Part shown: piece after piece, positions 24,446 to 36,278 of the stretch
Layout of the letters: each line of letters opens with the position of its first letter
How positions within the stretch are numbered: position 1 is the stretch's first letter
NCBI RefSeq assembly: GCF_018350175.1
Contig: NC_058368.1
Span: forward strand, 110,672,001 to 110,736,000
Direction: 5' to 3'
Length of the DNA stretch: 64,000 nucleotides
Origin: Felis catus
Lineage: Eukaryota
Notes under the pieces: model-generated
Database searches by the model: none
What the model was told of the DNA's origin: nothing
The model's input: the letters and a program-made list of their open reading frames with translations, nothing else
Program-made: the position numbers and the translations under genes

Positions 24446-24607
24446 AAAAAGAAACAAGGAAAAATAAAACAGAGTTTATTAACTCAGTGAGTATTAACAG
24501 CTGCTAAACTAGGGACCTATCAGCAGCATGCCCCTGGACCACCCATCCCATACAGGATGCGATGAATGTGACAACCACAAACTGCCACAATCAAAAAGGT
24601 CCTTTCA

Positions 24608-24820
24608 GGGCACCTGGGGGGCTCAGTCAGTTAAGCGTCCAACTCTTGATTTGAGCTCAGGTCATGATCTCACGGCCATGACATTGAGCCCCATGTCAGG
24701 CTCCTTGCTGAGCACAGAGCCTGTTTAACATTCTCTCCTTCTCTCTCCCTCTGCCCCTTCCCGACTTATGTGCGCACTCTCTCTCTCTCTCAAAAAAATA
24801 AAACATTTTAATTTATAAAA
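24608..24820 (+). mobile_element. Can-SINE
   Basis: Head and tail; aaaaggtcctttca repeated on both sides. Confidence 0.88.
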
Positions 24821-24923
24821 AGAAAAGGTCCTTTCATTGGACTCTGCCACCCAGGACACGGTAGTCATCCTCTCCACTGATTTACGATAAACCCCCATGC
24901 TCCGTGTCGATCAGACAACTTAC

Positions 24924-24973
24924 CAGTCCATTCTCAGATTTTGTCTTCAAATCGAGTTTGATTAAGCCAAATC
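24924..24973 (-). CDS. VDAC1: VDAC1 exon 3, 50 nt: (G)FGLIKLDLKTKSENGL
   Basis: tag|GA TTT … CTG|gtaagt. Confidence 0.99.
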
Positions 24974-25468
24974 CTAAAGAAAGAACATGGGAACTGTTAA
25001 TAGGCTAAATAACTAGCTCGAGAGCAGCAACTCTGCCTCCCTTCTCCTGTTTCAAGATGCCGTGAGTGTGCAGGGTGCCTGTCTCCACTGCTGCCTGCCT
25101 ACCTGTGGAACTTTGGCTACCGAACAGTGGCTGTGCGCTCCCAGCAGAATGACAGGGAAAGGTACGGGACAGTGTGAGCACAGGCCTAAGGATGGGCAAC
25201 ACTTAGAAACTGCACTCCATGACCACGGCACACACAGAGCTGCTCCCACCTGTGGGAGAGGAAACCAGGGCGTCCACTTGTCTGCAGCGATTCGTAAGCC
25301 TGCCCTTACCAGGTGTACAAACCAACACTGCTTTATTAGGCAGAGTAGGCTTGTCTTTTTTCCCCCCCGACATCAAAGTTCTGAGAGTTGACCCACCCAG
25401 GTCTCCCGAACTGTGATGGGTAAAATCCCAAACATGCCAACCCAGCCCATTAGCTCCGAAACACTCAC

Positions 25469-25535
25469 CATAACCCTTGGTGAAGACATCCCTGGCACAT
25501 TTGCCAAGATCAGCATACGTGGGAGGCACAGCCAT
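25469..25535 (-). CDS. VDAC1: VDAC1 exon 2 coding part, 67 nt: [22 protein letters not shown](G); exon starts at 25541 with 6 nt of 5' UTR
   Basis: ttgtag|ccgaagATGG Kozak context; TAT G|gtgagt donor; all eight coding exons total 852 nt = 283 aa + stop. Confidence 0.99.
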
Positions 25536-26447
25536 CTTCGGCTACAATAAAAGAATCACCAGAAGACACGCATCAGTAATTAGGGAAATTAGTTTTCCAT
25601 CAATAAAAATTATTAGCTATAATTAACCACCAATAAAAATCATCAGCACAGAGTCCCAGGCACTTTATTCTCCCAGGTGTGCACAGAGAAGCCTTGCTCT
25701 CTCGTGCCTCCTCATGTCGAGAGGTGGAGACACCCAGGTAAGTTCTGTCGACAGCAGACCAGCCTGCCTTTAGACCTCTTCTTCCTTAGCACCCCCAGGA
25801 CTGAGCACAAGTGCAGAATATAGCAGCAGTCGGTAAACATTTGCTGAATGAATTAACTGTCAAAGACAAATTCCCACGAGCCAGCTACTTTACTGAATCG
25901 CAGGACTCTTGCCAATAAAACATATCTTCTTACAAAATGTCGGCTGCTATGGCATCCAGTGTACTGAATAGAGCTTTTCAGAGCTTTTCAGGCCATCCTA
26001 TTTTCCATATGGTTCTGATTTCATCCATTCCAACAAAATACTTACAGAGTACCTACTATGTGCCAGAATAAATGCAACTTTTCAAAAAACTTTGTATTTC
26101 AGGGGACCCCATTTTTTTGAGTATCAGACTCCTCACAGAGAATACAGTAAAACCTAACAATTAGGCAACTCTTCACATGGAAGGAGATATAACCACATCC
26201 CCTCTCCCTACCAAAAAAAATTAATTCAAACAAACATTTATTGAGCTACAATGTGACTTTATTTTTTAAAGTACTACTTGAAATTGTTACATATCACTAA
26301 GTCAACAAGCATTTATTAAACACCTCAGGGTTCAAGGAAGGCAAGTAATTCAGAGTCCTTTCCCTAAGGCCACACTGTGTCCCTGAGAGGCTGTATTCTG
26401 ACGCATTACATACACAGAATTAAAATCCTAATCCAGGACAGTGCAAG

Positions 26448-26460
26448 CACACACGCACAT

Positions 26461-26501
<41 letters not shown>
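26448..26501. repeat. (CA)n microsatellite
   Basis: Directly visible. Confidence 0.95.
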
Positions 26502-26503
<2 letters not shown>

Positions 26504-26764
26504 GTGCTCCATCCAGGAGGAAAGGAGTCATGAGAAAGCACCATGATCTGCATCTTCTCCATTTCCCAAATCATCAGCCCTAATTAGTAGGAATCCAATT
26601 AACCCAAGGATGGTTCCATTAATTTTTAAAATATAGTATACCTAAATTGCCAAACTGAGCCTGCATATATCCCACCTGAAGTCACCGACGTATGCACTCA
26701 CACAAGCAAACACCTGCACAGCATGTTCCTGGTAAGTGGGAACCCAATGAAAAATGTCTCAATC

Positions 26765-26793
26765 GGGGCGCCTGGATGGCTCCGTCAGTTAAG
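26765..26793 (+). mobile_element. 3'-truncated (tail-less) Can-SINE head fragment
   Basis: ggggcgcctggatggctccgtcagttaag with no body or tail; flanked by gaaaaatgtctcaat / gaaaaatagttcaat. Confidence 0.7.
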
Positions 26794-29780
26794 AAAAATA
26801 GTTCAATGGGTCCCAGGGGGAACAGCATCACCACAGGAAGCTGCATTCCTGACATAAGCTTTAACATCCTAGATGCTGCAAGGAGCCCACAGAAGCAATG
26901 AGTACGCTATAAAACAAACAACAACAAACTTCCACCACTTGAAGTAATAAAATTGTGGTCCAGGTCCTATGGTACTTTTTTCAGAGGTTCTGCTAATTCC
27001 GCCTCCATTCACTTTTTTGTCAGAGCAGAGTGGAGCAGCCCAGCGAGCTGTTTACGATCCTCTTTGTTGCTCTTGTTATCTCTTGCACGTGATCAGGCTG
27101 GAACCATGGACAGCTCAGTCCACATTAGGATCAGGGCACAAAGAGCATGGGGGAAGATCCATTTCAGGCTGTCCCCATTGGCTGTTTCAAGTCTGGGGAC
27201 CCCCCCCCCTCGACTTGTCCCCCTTCCACCCCAAGCGAACCTCACAGGCACATCCACCCCAGGGACAGCCAAAGAAACCATCCACCAGGTCATGCAGAAT
27301 ACCCCCAGCCTAAGGCGTGGATATGTCTCAGCCACAGATGGCCCTGGCCCCTCCCAGAAGCAAGGAAACAAACCTGCGTCAAAGGCTGAGGTGATGGAGC
27401 CCCGAGGAAACTTGCAGAACATCTCAGCAAAAGATCCAGAACATTCTCTACAGCCACCAGTGCCAACAGGTATCAGTGGACTGAGCACCCCTCTTCAGCG
27501 CTGCCCTTCCCCAGCTGGACTGCAAACTCAGCCTCAGGGTGAGGAAAGAGCAGTACAGTGGCAACCTCTCTGGGTCAGCCAAGACCTCCCTGTACCTCAG
27601 GGGCCAGGGAGTTCCAAAAAGTACCCTCTGCTGTGGCTCTAGGACCCACCTCACCAGACACGAACAGCTTTCGCATCAGGGAAAAGCAGATCACTCATCA
27701 TTTAATGTTCCCCAAATGCTCTCACTCATCACTAATCCCCAAAAAAAAGAACCAGCAAAACCACCTGTCAAAAAACACTCCACCACCGACAAACATCACC
27801 CTAAAGTACATGGCCACTAAGGAGATTACCATCCAAACACAAGGGAGCTGGGAGGGCAGAGGGAGCTTGGATGAGGCCAAGTTCTCCTTGCAGCTCCAGC
27901 TCGGCACCTGGCAGGGAAGATGCACAGGAACCCCCAGCTGAGCGGAGCCAAACCCACTCCTGGACCTGAAGAAACACCCACCCAGAAGCCACAGGCCCAC
28001 ACCTGCTGTGCAACTGTAGCTTCCCCTAGGCTTTTGCTGCAGTCTTCTCTTTCCCCACCCAGTCGCCTCCTGCATTTATCTGACAGGACTGAGGCAAGGC
28101 CTGAGGCAGTGTGCCTCTGAAAAGCTCCGCTTTCTTACAACTGCCAACAGCGCCTAGAAAATGCCCATTTTTACACAGTTCTCAGCACCCGCTGCAAAAA
28201 TCATCTTCTTGTACAAATGATTTCCATTCATGTTTTCTCAGGCCGGGACCAGGGGGTGTGAAAGAGACCTCAGCAACCTGCTTTCTCATTTAACACGCTG
28301 CCTGTGCTGATTCTAAGGCTGAACCCTGACCCCCTGGCCCCTACCTCCGCCTAGATCAGCTCCAAATCGCTCCAAATCGCTCACCATCTGTCTTGGTGGC
28401 ATCCACCCCATGTGCCTTCAGAAGCCCAGCCTCTAGAGTCCGAGCGTGAGGCGGGGCACTTTGACACAGGAAAGCAGCCGGCCCTGGACAGATGGGAATC
28501 AGAAGCCGGTCTGGGTGAAGGCTTCAATGCAGAGCCTGCGAGCATGGTTCCCAAGGATAAGTGGAACATGAGGGACGGACAGGACTGGACTGAGCAGACC
28601 TTCCCACAGTCACTGATGACTTTGAGAAGGACCAGTAAGTCACAGTGGGAGACAGGAGTCCCTTGTTTCCCTCCACTGCCTGTTCGCCTACCTACCCAAC
28701 CATTCACTGGCTGACCTTGAACAGATTATGCAAGCTCCACTCCAGCCGAGGAATGAAAATCCAGCCCATACTGGAAACTCAGAGGGGAGAGATAGTATAT
28801 CGCCCAGAACAGTCTGCATAACACTTACATAACCTCCACCTTGGGGGGACATATCTTCCTTGACTCATCAGTTGCCTGTCAGTGACAGCTGCTCTGCTTC
28901 CAGCGCCCCCACCACACCCACAAGTGCACACCTACCCCCAACTCACACCCTTGAACTCAAAGCAGCCCGGAGCCTGTCATGCATAAATTTATCCAAAATA
29001 TGTAAAAAGCTATGTGTCAAAGATGACAAGCCCTGGCAAGTAGCAGGTATTCAATATAAAGGTCTGTTTAATGAGAAAGTGTGCAAGGAGCATGAAAGTA
29101 TTTTTATAGTAGAAGGAAAAAAATAGAAACTTAGTATCTGACAAGAGTCTAAGCAAACGGCGATGTAACCAAGCAGCAGGAGCGCCCTCTACAGGGAGGC
29201 TGGCAGCACCGCCAGGAATGGGGGGGTGGAGACAGCCACAACTAGTACCCTCTCCACCCGCCTTGGCCTAAGGAGAAGTCAACTCAGGCTGAGGAGACCA
29301 GCGGGCTTCAGAAGGGAGCAGGCCCACTTACTACCTCAGAACAAGGTGTGGACTTTAAGGGCCTCAGGGAGCCACTGTAGAGTGAGTGACACACCTGTGT
29401 TTGAAAGGCTCACTCAACAAACAAATCAGCAAAAATGCAAATGAAAACATCCACTGTTGGTGTGGAAAATGGTCACCCCTGTTCACGCCAGTATAGGACA
29501 GCCCCTTTGGAGACAACTACTGGCCAATGCGTAAGTGGGCATGCATTAACCTAGAGACAATTCGACTGCTAGGAACCCAGCCAAGGTTTCCAGAGAGGAG
29601 CACACGAGGATGCTCACCGCAGCATTAGTTCTGTAACACAAGCCAGAAGAAATCTAAATGTCCACCAATGGGGAAATGAATGAAAATTAAGGTACTTAAA
29701 AAACTAAAGAGCACCATGTGGTAATCAAAAAGAATGAGGTGGATTTATGCAAGGTGCCATAGAAAGCTATCTTTGACATA

Positions 29781-30369
29781 TGGCTGACCCTTGAAAAACA
29801 CAGATTTGAACTTCGCAAGTCTACTTATATGTTGGATCTTTTTCAATAAATACAATACTGTAAATGTATTTTCTCTTCCTTATGATTTCGTTAATAGTAT
29901 TTTTTCTCTAGGGGCGCCTGGGTGACTCAGTCAGTTAAGCGTCCAAGTTCAGCTCAGGTCATGATCTCGCAGTTTGTGAGTTCAAGTCCCGCATCAAGCT
30001 CTGTGCTGACAGCTCGCAGCCTGGAGCCTGCTTCGGATTCTGTGTCTCTCTCCTTTCTGCCCCTCCCCTGCTCATGCTCTCTCTCTCTCTCTGTCTCTCA
30101 AAAATAAATAAACATTAAAAAAAATTTTTTTAAGAGTTCTTTTCAAAAGTAGTAATATTTTTATCTAGCTTACTCTATTGTAAGAATACAATATATAATA
30201 TATATGTATATATAACATACAAAATATGTGTTAATTGACTGTATAATATCAATAAAACTTGAGGTGAACAGTAGTAGTTAAATTGGGAGGGAGTCAAAAA
30301 TTAGAGAAGGATTTTCAACTGCATGAGGAGTAAGCACCCCTAACCCCCACAGTGCTCAAGGGCCAACTG
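29781..30369. mobile_element. Tigger2-like DNA transposon interrupted by a Can-SINE (~29911-30130)
   Basis: TIRs (ta)tggctgacccttgaa … ctcaagggccaactg(ta). Confidence 0.8.
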
Positions 30370-31539
30370 TAGTTCAATGCACAAAGCAAGTCACAGAAAA
30401 TGTAGAATTCTGCATTATTAGAGGAAAACCCTTTCACATACACGTTTAGGCGCTCACACATTTGTGAATGACGGGAAAGCATGTAGGAAGGCTACAAGCC
30501 CATCTGTACATTGTGGCTGACTGGGAGCTGCTTCTGGAAACGAGGGGGGTTGAGGAAAGGAGGAGAGTTAAAATAGGATTTTCATTTCTTATTCCACTTT
30601 ATTAAAGTTGTTTGTGCATACTGATAACTTTTTTAAGGACATAAAATTTAAAAAACCCAACCAACGTGTCTGAAACGGAGCTACGCCGCCTTCCCGATGC
30701 CACAGTAAGCCACATTCTAAAAGACTGCTGCAACAGAGGTGCCAGAAGGGAAAGGCCTCGTGGGAAGTATCTATCCGGGTTCCAAGAGCAGAGTCCAACT
30801 ACGCTGAGATGGCAGGGTTAACAGGCAGGGCCTGCAGGGGGAGCATTCTACCCCCAGATGACCACCTGTGGCTCTGGCCACCCTGCCCAGGAGGCAGGAG
30901 TAGGGCAGGGCTCCCTAACTTTAATGTGCATGAGAAGGGCCTGAAGCACTTGTTCAAAAGCCTCCTTCCCCCCCCCTTAGCCTTTCGTAGCCTAAGAAAC
31001 AGGCAGGACAGCACTTCTGTCGGCAGAGGTAGAATCCCGGCACAGGAGCCGTGGTACCCTCAAAGAGCTAACAACCACTGCGGTGGGGGACACAGGGAGC
31101 AGGGGGGCCTTAAGTTCCCAAGACTCAGTCTTGTGAGCAAGGTGACACCTAATGGATTAAGAGACACCATCTTCAAGGGCAAGGGTACAACAGCACTAGG
31201 ACCCAAACACCAGGAGCCACCCTGCCATGGCATGTCACAGCCCAACTGGGTGCCCAGGCAGCAAGGCACAGTGACTATGAGAAGGAGCTATGAGCCTGGC
31301 AGAGGATTTGCCAGCACCAGCCTTTACTAGCTGTGTAACTTTGGACAAGCCACTGATAACTTACACTCCCAGGGTCTCATTTTGCTCACCTATAAAATGG
31401 GGCTAACACTAGTGCCTTTCTACCAGAGCTACTGCAAAGATTAAGTAAGTTAGGTAGGCAGAGCACGTAGGAGTATCTGGCACACGGTGAGGGCTCCATA
31501 AATGGCAGTGCTAATCACAGTCCATTAATCTGGATATTC

Positions 31540-31970
31540 TCTGTCCCTTCAGATCCATTTTTCTCCCCCATCCTGCTCTGTGACCCAAGAGCTGATCACT
31601 ATGGACTGCTATCGAAGGCTATGTATCGTTGGTTTTGGCCAACAGGAGGCACCAGCAGAAGATGGGAGAGAGAGGCTGGAGTACTCATTTCCCAAGCTCC
31701 CTCCCTGCTGGGCCTCAGGTGGGCAGTGACTGCTTTCCAAGGCCACAGCTCCTGCCAAGGAGCTCCACACTCTGCTCACACCTTTGCAAATGGCCCCTTC
31801 ATTATGCTTTCTTTTATCACCCCATGTAAGTGTGCCACTGATTCGTGCAAGGGCCCTGACCAAGAGGGCAGTCACCTTCACCACCATCACCATCACCATG
31901 ACCATCCTGGATTTCCCTTAGAAAGGGAAAATTGTAGGAAAGCCTTTGGTTCTGCTGTTTCTCTAACATC
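31540..31970. mobile_element. Ancient ERVL LTR (LTR16/LTR33-like)
   Basis: …cctgctctgtgacc…ttggccaacaggaggcaccagcagaagatgggagag…tttcccaagctccctccctgctggg pattern; family from recall. Confidence 0.5.
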
Positions 31971-33724
31971 CATTTGAGGTGGTTTGTCTGAGCAGAACTG
32001 GGCCAGCACATAGGAGGAGCACCAGACCAGCCAGGGATTAGAACAAAAGCACCTCCCCCTAACTCTGGGGACCAGGAAAAGCAACTTCCCCAGCAGGAGG
32101 TTAGCCCAGCTCTGAAAACCAATATATCAAGCCAACACCATCAGAAGCCTCCTCACACCCCTATCCCTATCTCATGGAAAAGGCAGCCCCTGGTTATGTC
32201 CCACCGGATGCTGGCAAAGCCGGTGACCTGTGTGCTCTGAAGCAAGTCTGTGCTCCCAGTACAGCTGCCCTCCCCTCCTACTCCACGAGAGGCTCACACC
32301 GGGGAGCCCGGCTTCCTAGGCATTGCTTCTATTTTAAAACACTCTGGGAGCTAGGCCACCACCAGCACAGCCTTCCATAAGAAGCCGCAAGGGAATGTAA
32401 CTGACTTGGGGGCAGCCTGCAGGCCCACCCACCCATCAAGGGAAGAAAAGCCTGGGCTGGCAGGCAGCATGGCAAGGTCTGGGTCCCAGGTGCACCCAGG
32501 GCTCCTGTCTGACCTCAGACACCTCACATTTCCTGGAACCTCGCTGCCTGGCTTGACCCAGTGGGGTTTAAATAGACAGTGCTTGGGCAAGTAGATTTGA
32601 GAGTCAAGCAGCCCTGAGTTCCAATACCACTCCACGACTCTCCAGATATGGGACCCAGGGCAAGTCACAATGTATATGCATCTCACGTTTCTTCAGCTCG
32701 AATATGGGGAAAGAGTATCTGTCTCAGCATCACCGTGAGGACTGCTAATATGAAATACTTAATACAGTGACTGGTACGTGGTAAGTACACAATGACCAGA
32801 GAGAGGATTTTATTACAGGTTTACATTTTATAGATTTCTTAGTATAATTACCGCTGCTGTGCAGGTTATCAAAAGGCCACCCTCAACCACAAGGTCCAGA
32901 GTCCTCCCTGACCACATGAGGTACTCCTGAGCTGACTATTGTCCAGGTAAGTCCTGGAAGAATGTCTCCTACCTCATCCCAGTAAAAACTGACCTTTCTC
33001 CTGATAGACACCCAGTGTCACTGTCCTTGCAACAAAGAGGAGTGACTCCACTGATTACAATCCACTGCCAGGCAGCCTACACACAGCCATACACACGTTC
33101 ACTCTGCTCAGCGTGAAAGGAGAACAGTTCCCCTCTGAACAGTAAATTTGGCCTTTCAAATGCATCCACATCTATTAGCTGGTGGCAAGGCCCCTTGCCG
33201 TGGCAACTTCAGTGTGGAATCACCAGCACTAGAACTAGCCAGACCAGGTCCCGAATCCCAACTCTGGGCTCCAGCCTCCAGACCCATGAACAAGAGTGCC
33301 TCTCTCCCGGGGTTTGCAGGATGGTAGATTCAACGTCACACATACGTTAAGCCCCCGCAGAAGGGTGCTGAGCAGGCCCTCAATGAAGACTGACTGTGAC
33401 GATGATGATGATGATGGTCACACTTTTATAAAGGAGACACTGAGGAACAAGACAGTGAGTTGACCTGTACTCAATCCTGTGGCTCTTGTCAGAGCTGTGT
33501 TGTGAGCTCAATCTGCTCCCCAGGACTCTTTCCAGGACAGTTCTGGAGAAAGGGCTTAGAAGCCCACTCACCCTCACCTCCCTGAGAGCAAGCAGTAAAA
33601 GGGAGGATTGTGCCCAGGCCCAGCAGAGGACCCCATTGCTCACTTTCCCTCAGTGGAGTCTGTGGGGAGCCCAAGGCCACAGACTCTCTGAGTTCCCTGA
33701 GGGGCTGCCTGCAGGTTTGGGCTG

Positions 33725-33732
<8 letters not shown>

Positions 33733-33802
<70 letters not shown>
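33733..33802. repeat. Compound (TC)n(CA)n microsatellite
   Basis: Directly visible. Confidence 0.95.
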
Positions 33803-33804
<2 letters not shown>

Positions 33805-36054
33805 CTCCCCCAGTCACCACCAACAACGATGTCAGGCCATTAAAATTCCATCAAGGGCAAAGTGAACTTCAGTGCCTTGGGAGCATCTCATCAGTAAAGA
33901 TGGGGGGGCGGAGTCAATGTCCCTCATTACCACCAGCTTGAAGGTTACTGTCCACATCTGCCCAGGGTCCAGCAGGACTGGCAGCCCACGGGCAACTCCT
34001 CACTATATGGTCTCCTGGAGCCCCTGTGTTTGTGTCTACAGACAGCCCTTGCCTCTACCCAATAGAATAAAAATACAGAAATAAAACTAAGCAATCAACT
34101 GAGAGCAGTACCCCCCTCCCCAAGGTCAAGCATTTTATTCAGAACAACTCCAGCAGAAGTTATCGACCCACCCACCACCCACCATCAGAGAAGGGAAAAG
34201 CACTTAGGAGAATCCCATTCACCCTGGTCTCCCTCCCCTGCAGGCCCAGAAACACCAGTTCTACAACTTTCCCACAGGACCTGGAAAGTCACAGAATGAA
34301 GATAGCACGTTTAAAGCAGTTATGTCAAATTGGGAAACAGTTTTGCGTCTCAGTGCTCTAGGGCTGTACTTTCTGCAGGAGCTCTTTAAACAGACGTGAC
34401 CCTCTGCTAAGCAAGACTATTTTCTGGAAGTGAGTGAGATAGATGTGTGTGTCCCTCAGAAAGGATGTCCAAGATCAAGAGAATATGGTCTGGGGCTGCA
34501 GCCACTAAATATGCCCATTCAATAACTTCACAAATACTTAATGAGCAACTACTACAAGACATATGCTGCAATGGCAAAAAACAAAAAACAAAAAAACAAA
34601 AACCACAACTATCCTCCTATCAGTAAGGGTAAGTTGACTCTTGGATAAAAAGGAAGAGCACATTTACCCCCACAGACCCTTCTCAAGTACCTACTGTGTG
34701 CCAAATGGCACCACCCCAGGCAATGAAAACAAAGCTGCAAAGGGCTTAAGCCTAACCCTGTAGAACTCATTCCAGAGCTGGGGTGGAGAAACAAGGCAAG
34801 CCCTGGGCAGCCTGCCCTGGCCTTGCCAACAGCACATTAGGCAAAGTAGGGGCCCATTCTCTACCTCCTCTGCGGAGGTAAGGCTGGTCAGGGTGATGGA
34901 GACCTCAGGTGAAACCTTCCCTCAGGTCTGCACGCACTTCCTACTTCAACCTGACCTTGTCCATAAACTTAAAGAATTTTTCATTAATGATCATGGAAGT
35001 TACTCAATGCCTGGCACACAAGTGTTTAGTAATAACGTTTAAAATAACAGGGGCTGTATTTATTAAACGTTTTCCAGAACACCAAGTGGAGTAGAATGGT
35101 CTACAGAGGATGGGCTAAATCCTCCCCAAAAGCCTCAAGTGTCAAGGTTTCTACTGAAGGTTTGGCGTTAATCAACTCATATCATTCTTCCCAAAGATGA
35201 ATGGCCGCTACAAGAAGAGCTACAATTGCTCCTATTGTACAGATGAGAAAACTTAGGCTTCGTATCGCCCCGGCTGTGTGACCTTGGGCAAGTCACTAGG
35301 ATTGCAGCCCTGAAATCCAAGGGCTCCAACCAGTTTCGTGAAGGCACAGACGCACTCGGTGAATGAATGAGCAACCGAACCAGGATCTCTCCTAAGGCCA
35401 AGGAGGCCACATCCGCTCCCCGCAGGGCGTCCTTTCCCAAGGCCGAGCCTACTGCACAGGCTCCTGCGGCCTAAGTCGACTCTCAGCCTCTCGTTCCGCC
35501 CGGTAGGGAGCTGGCACGCGCGGAACAGCGCCGGGCGCCAGCTTCTCCGGGCGTGGACCAGACAGGCCGGACAGGGCGTGTGGGGCTGGGAGCGAGGGAC
35601 CGCGGTCGTCACAGGAACTCATGCCGGCGGCGACAGCGTGGCCCGCACAGATCCGTGCGCCCAGCCCGGTGAGTGTGGGGGCAGGCGGTTCCCCGCCCGA
35701 GCCGCGCTGGCGGGATCGAGGGCCAGAGGGCGCCGCCGGGAAAGGTCACCTAGACCTGCAGCCGGCCTGGCCTTCACGCGGCGGCCCGTGCCCTTCCGCC
35801 CGCAGGTCCCCGAAGGATCGAGTTCCAGCCGCAGGCGCCCCCGGATGTCCGGCCTCCCGCTCCCGCGCCCCGGCCCGCTTGCCGCCCGCCTGTGCGGCCT
35901 GCTCTGCGCGGGGAGCTCCCGCTCGGCCCCTGGGGCCCGGTCCTCATCCCCTCGCCCACGCCCGCTCCTCCCCCCACCTCTTGCTCAGCTCCCCAGGGCA
36001 GGGCCCGCGACCCCAGGCGCCGGCAGATCGCGGGCCCATGTCCGCATCGCCTAC

Positions 36055-36165
36055 CTCGGGGGCGGTGGCGGCGGGCTCGGCGGCTGCTACCGCGGGGGCT
36101 GCAGCGCGAGGAACGGAGAGCAGCGGCGGGGCCGAGGGCGGGACAGCGCGGACGGCGGCGGCGCG
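36055..36165 (-). other. VDAC1: VDAC1 non-coding exon 1 (proximal; 5' end approximate)
   Basis: …gcagcccccgcggtagcagccgccgagcccgccgccaccgcccccgag|gtaggc; resembles recalled human 5' UTR (…GCAGCCCCCGCCGTAGCCGCCTCCGAGCCCGCCGCCAC…GAG). Confidence 0.8.
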
Positions 36166-36278
36166 GACCCGCCCCGACCCTGCGCGCCCGGCCTGGCGAG
36201 CTCCGCCCCTGGGCCCGCCCCGGACACCGCCCAGGCCTGGGCCCGGGTCCCCAACCAGCTCCCGGCCAGAACCATTAC

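Noticed and set aside
9366..25535. Possibility that this is a VDAC1 pseudogene
   Set aside because: Full intron-exon structure, intact 283-aa frame, CpG promoter and C5orf15 synteny identify the parental gene
26953..27642. 229-aa + strand ORF antisense within VDAC1 intron 1
   Set aside because: Starts at a non-ATG codon, no recognisable protein similarity or splice structure; would need PhyloCSF or Ribo-seq support
31870..31905. Poly-His run (HHHHHHH) in ORF 31621..31977
   Set aside because: Short (CACCAT)n repeat inside an old LTR-like element; no evidence of a tag or gene
35666..35675. Strong + strand donor CCG|GTGAGT suggesting a spliced antisense RNA
   Set aside because: A single motif in a CpG island with no identifiable partner acceptor or other evidence
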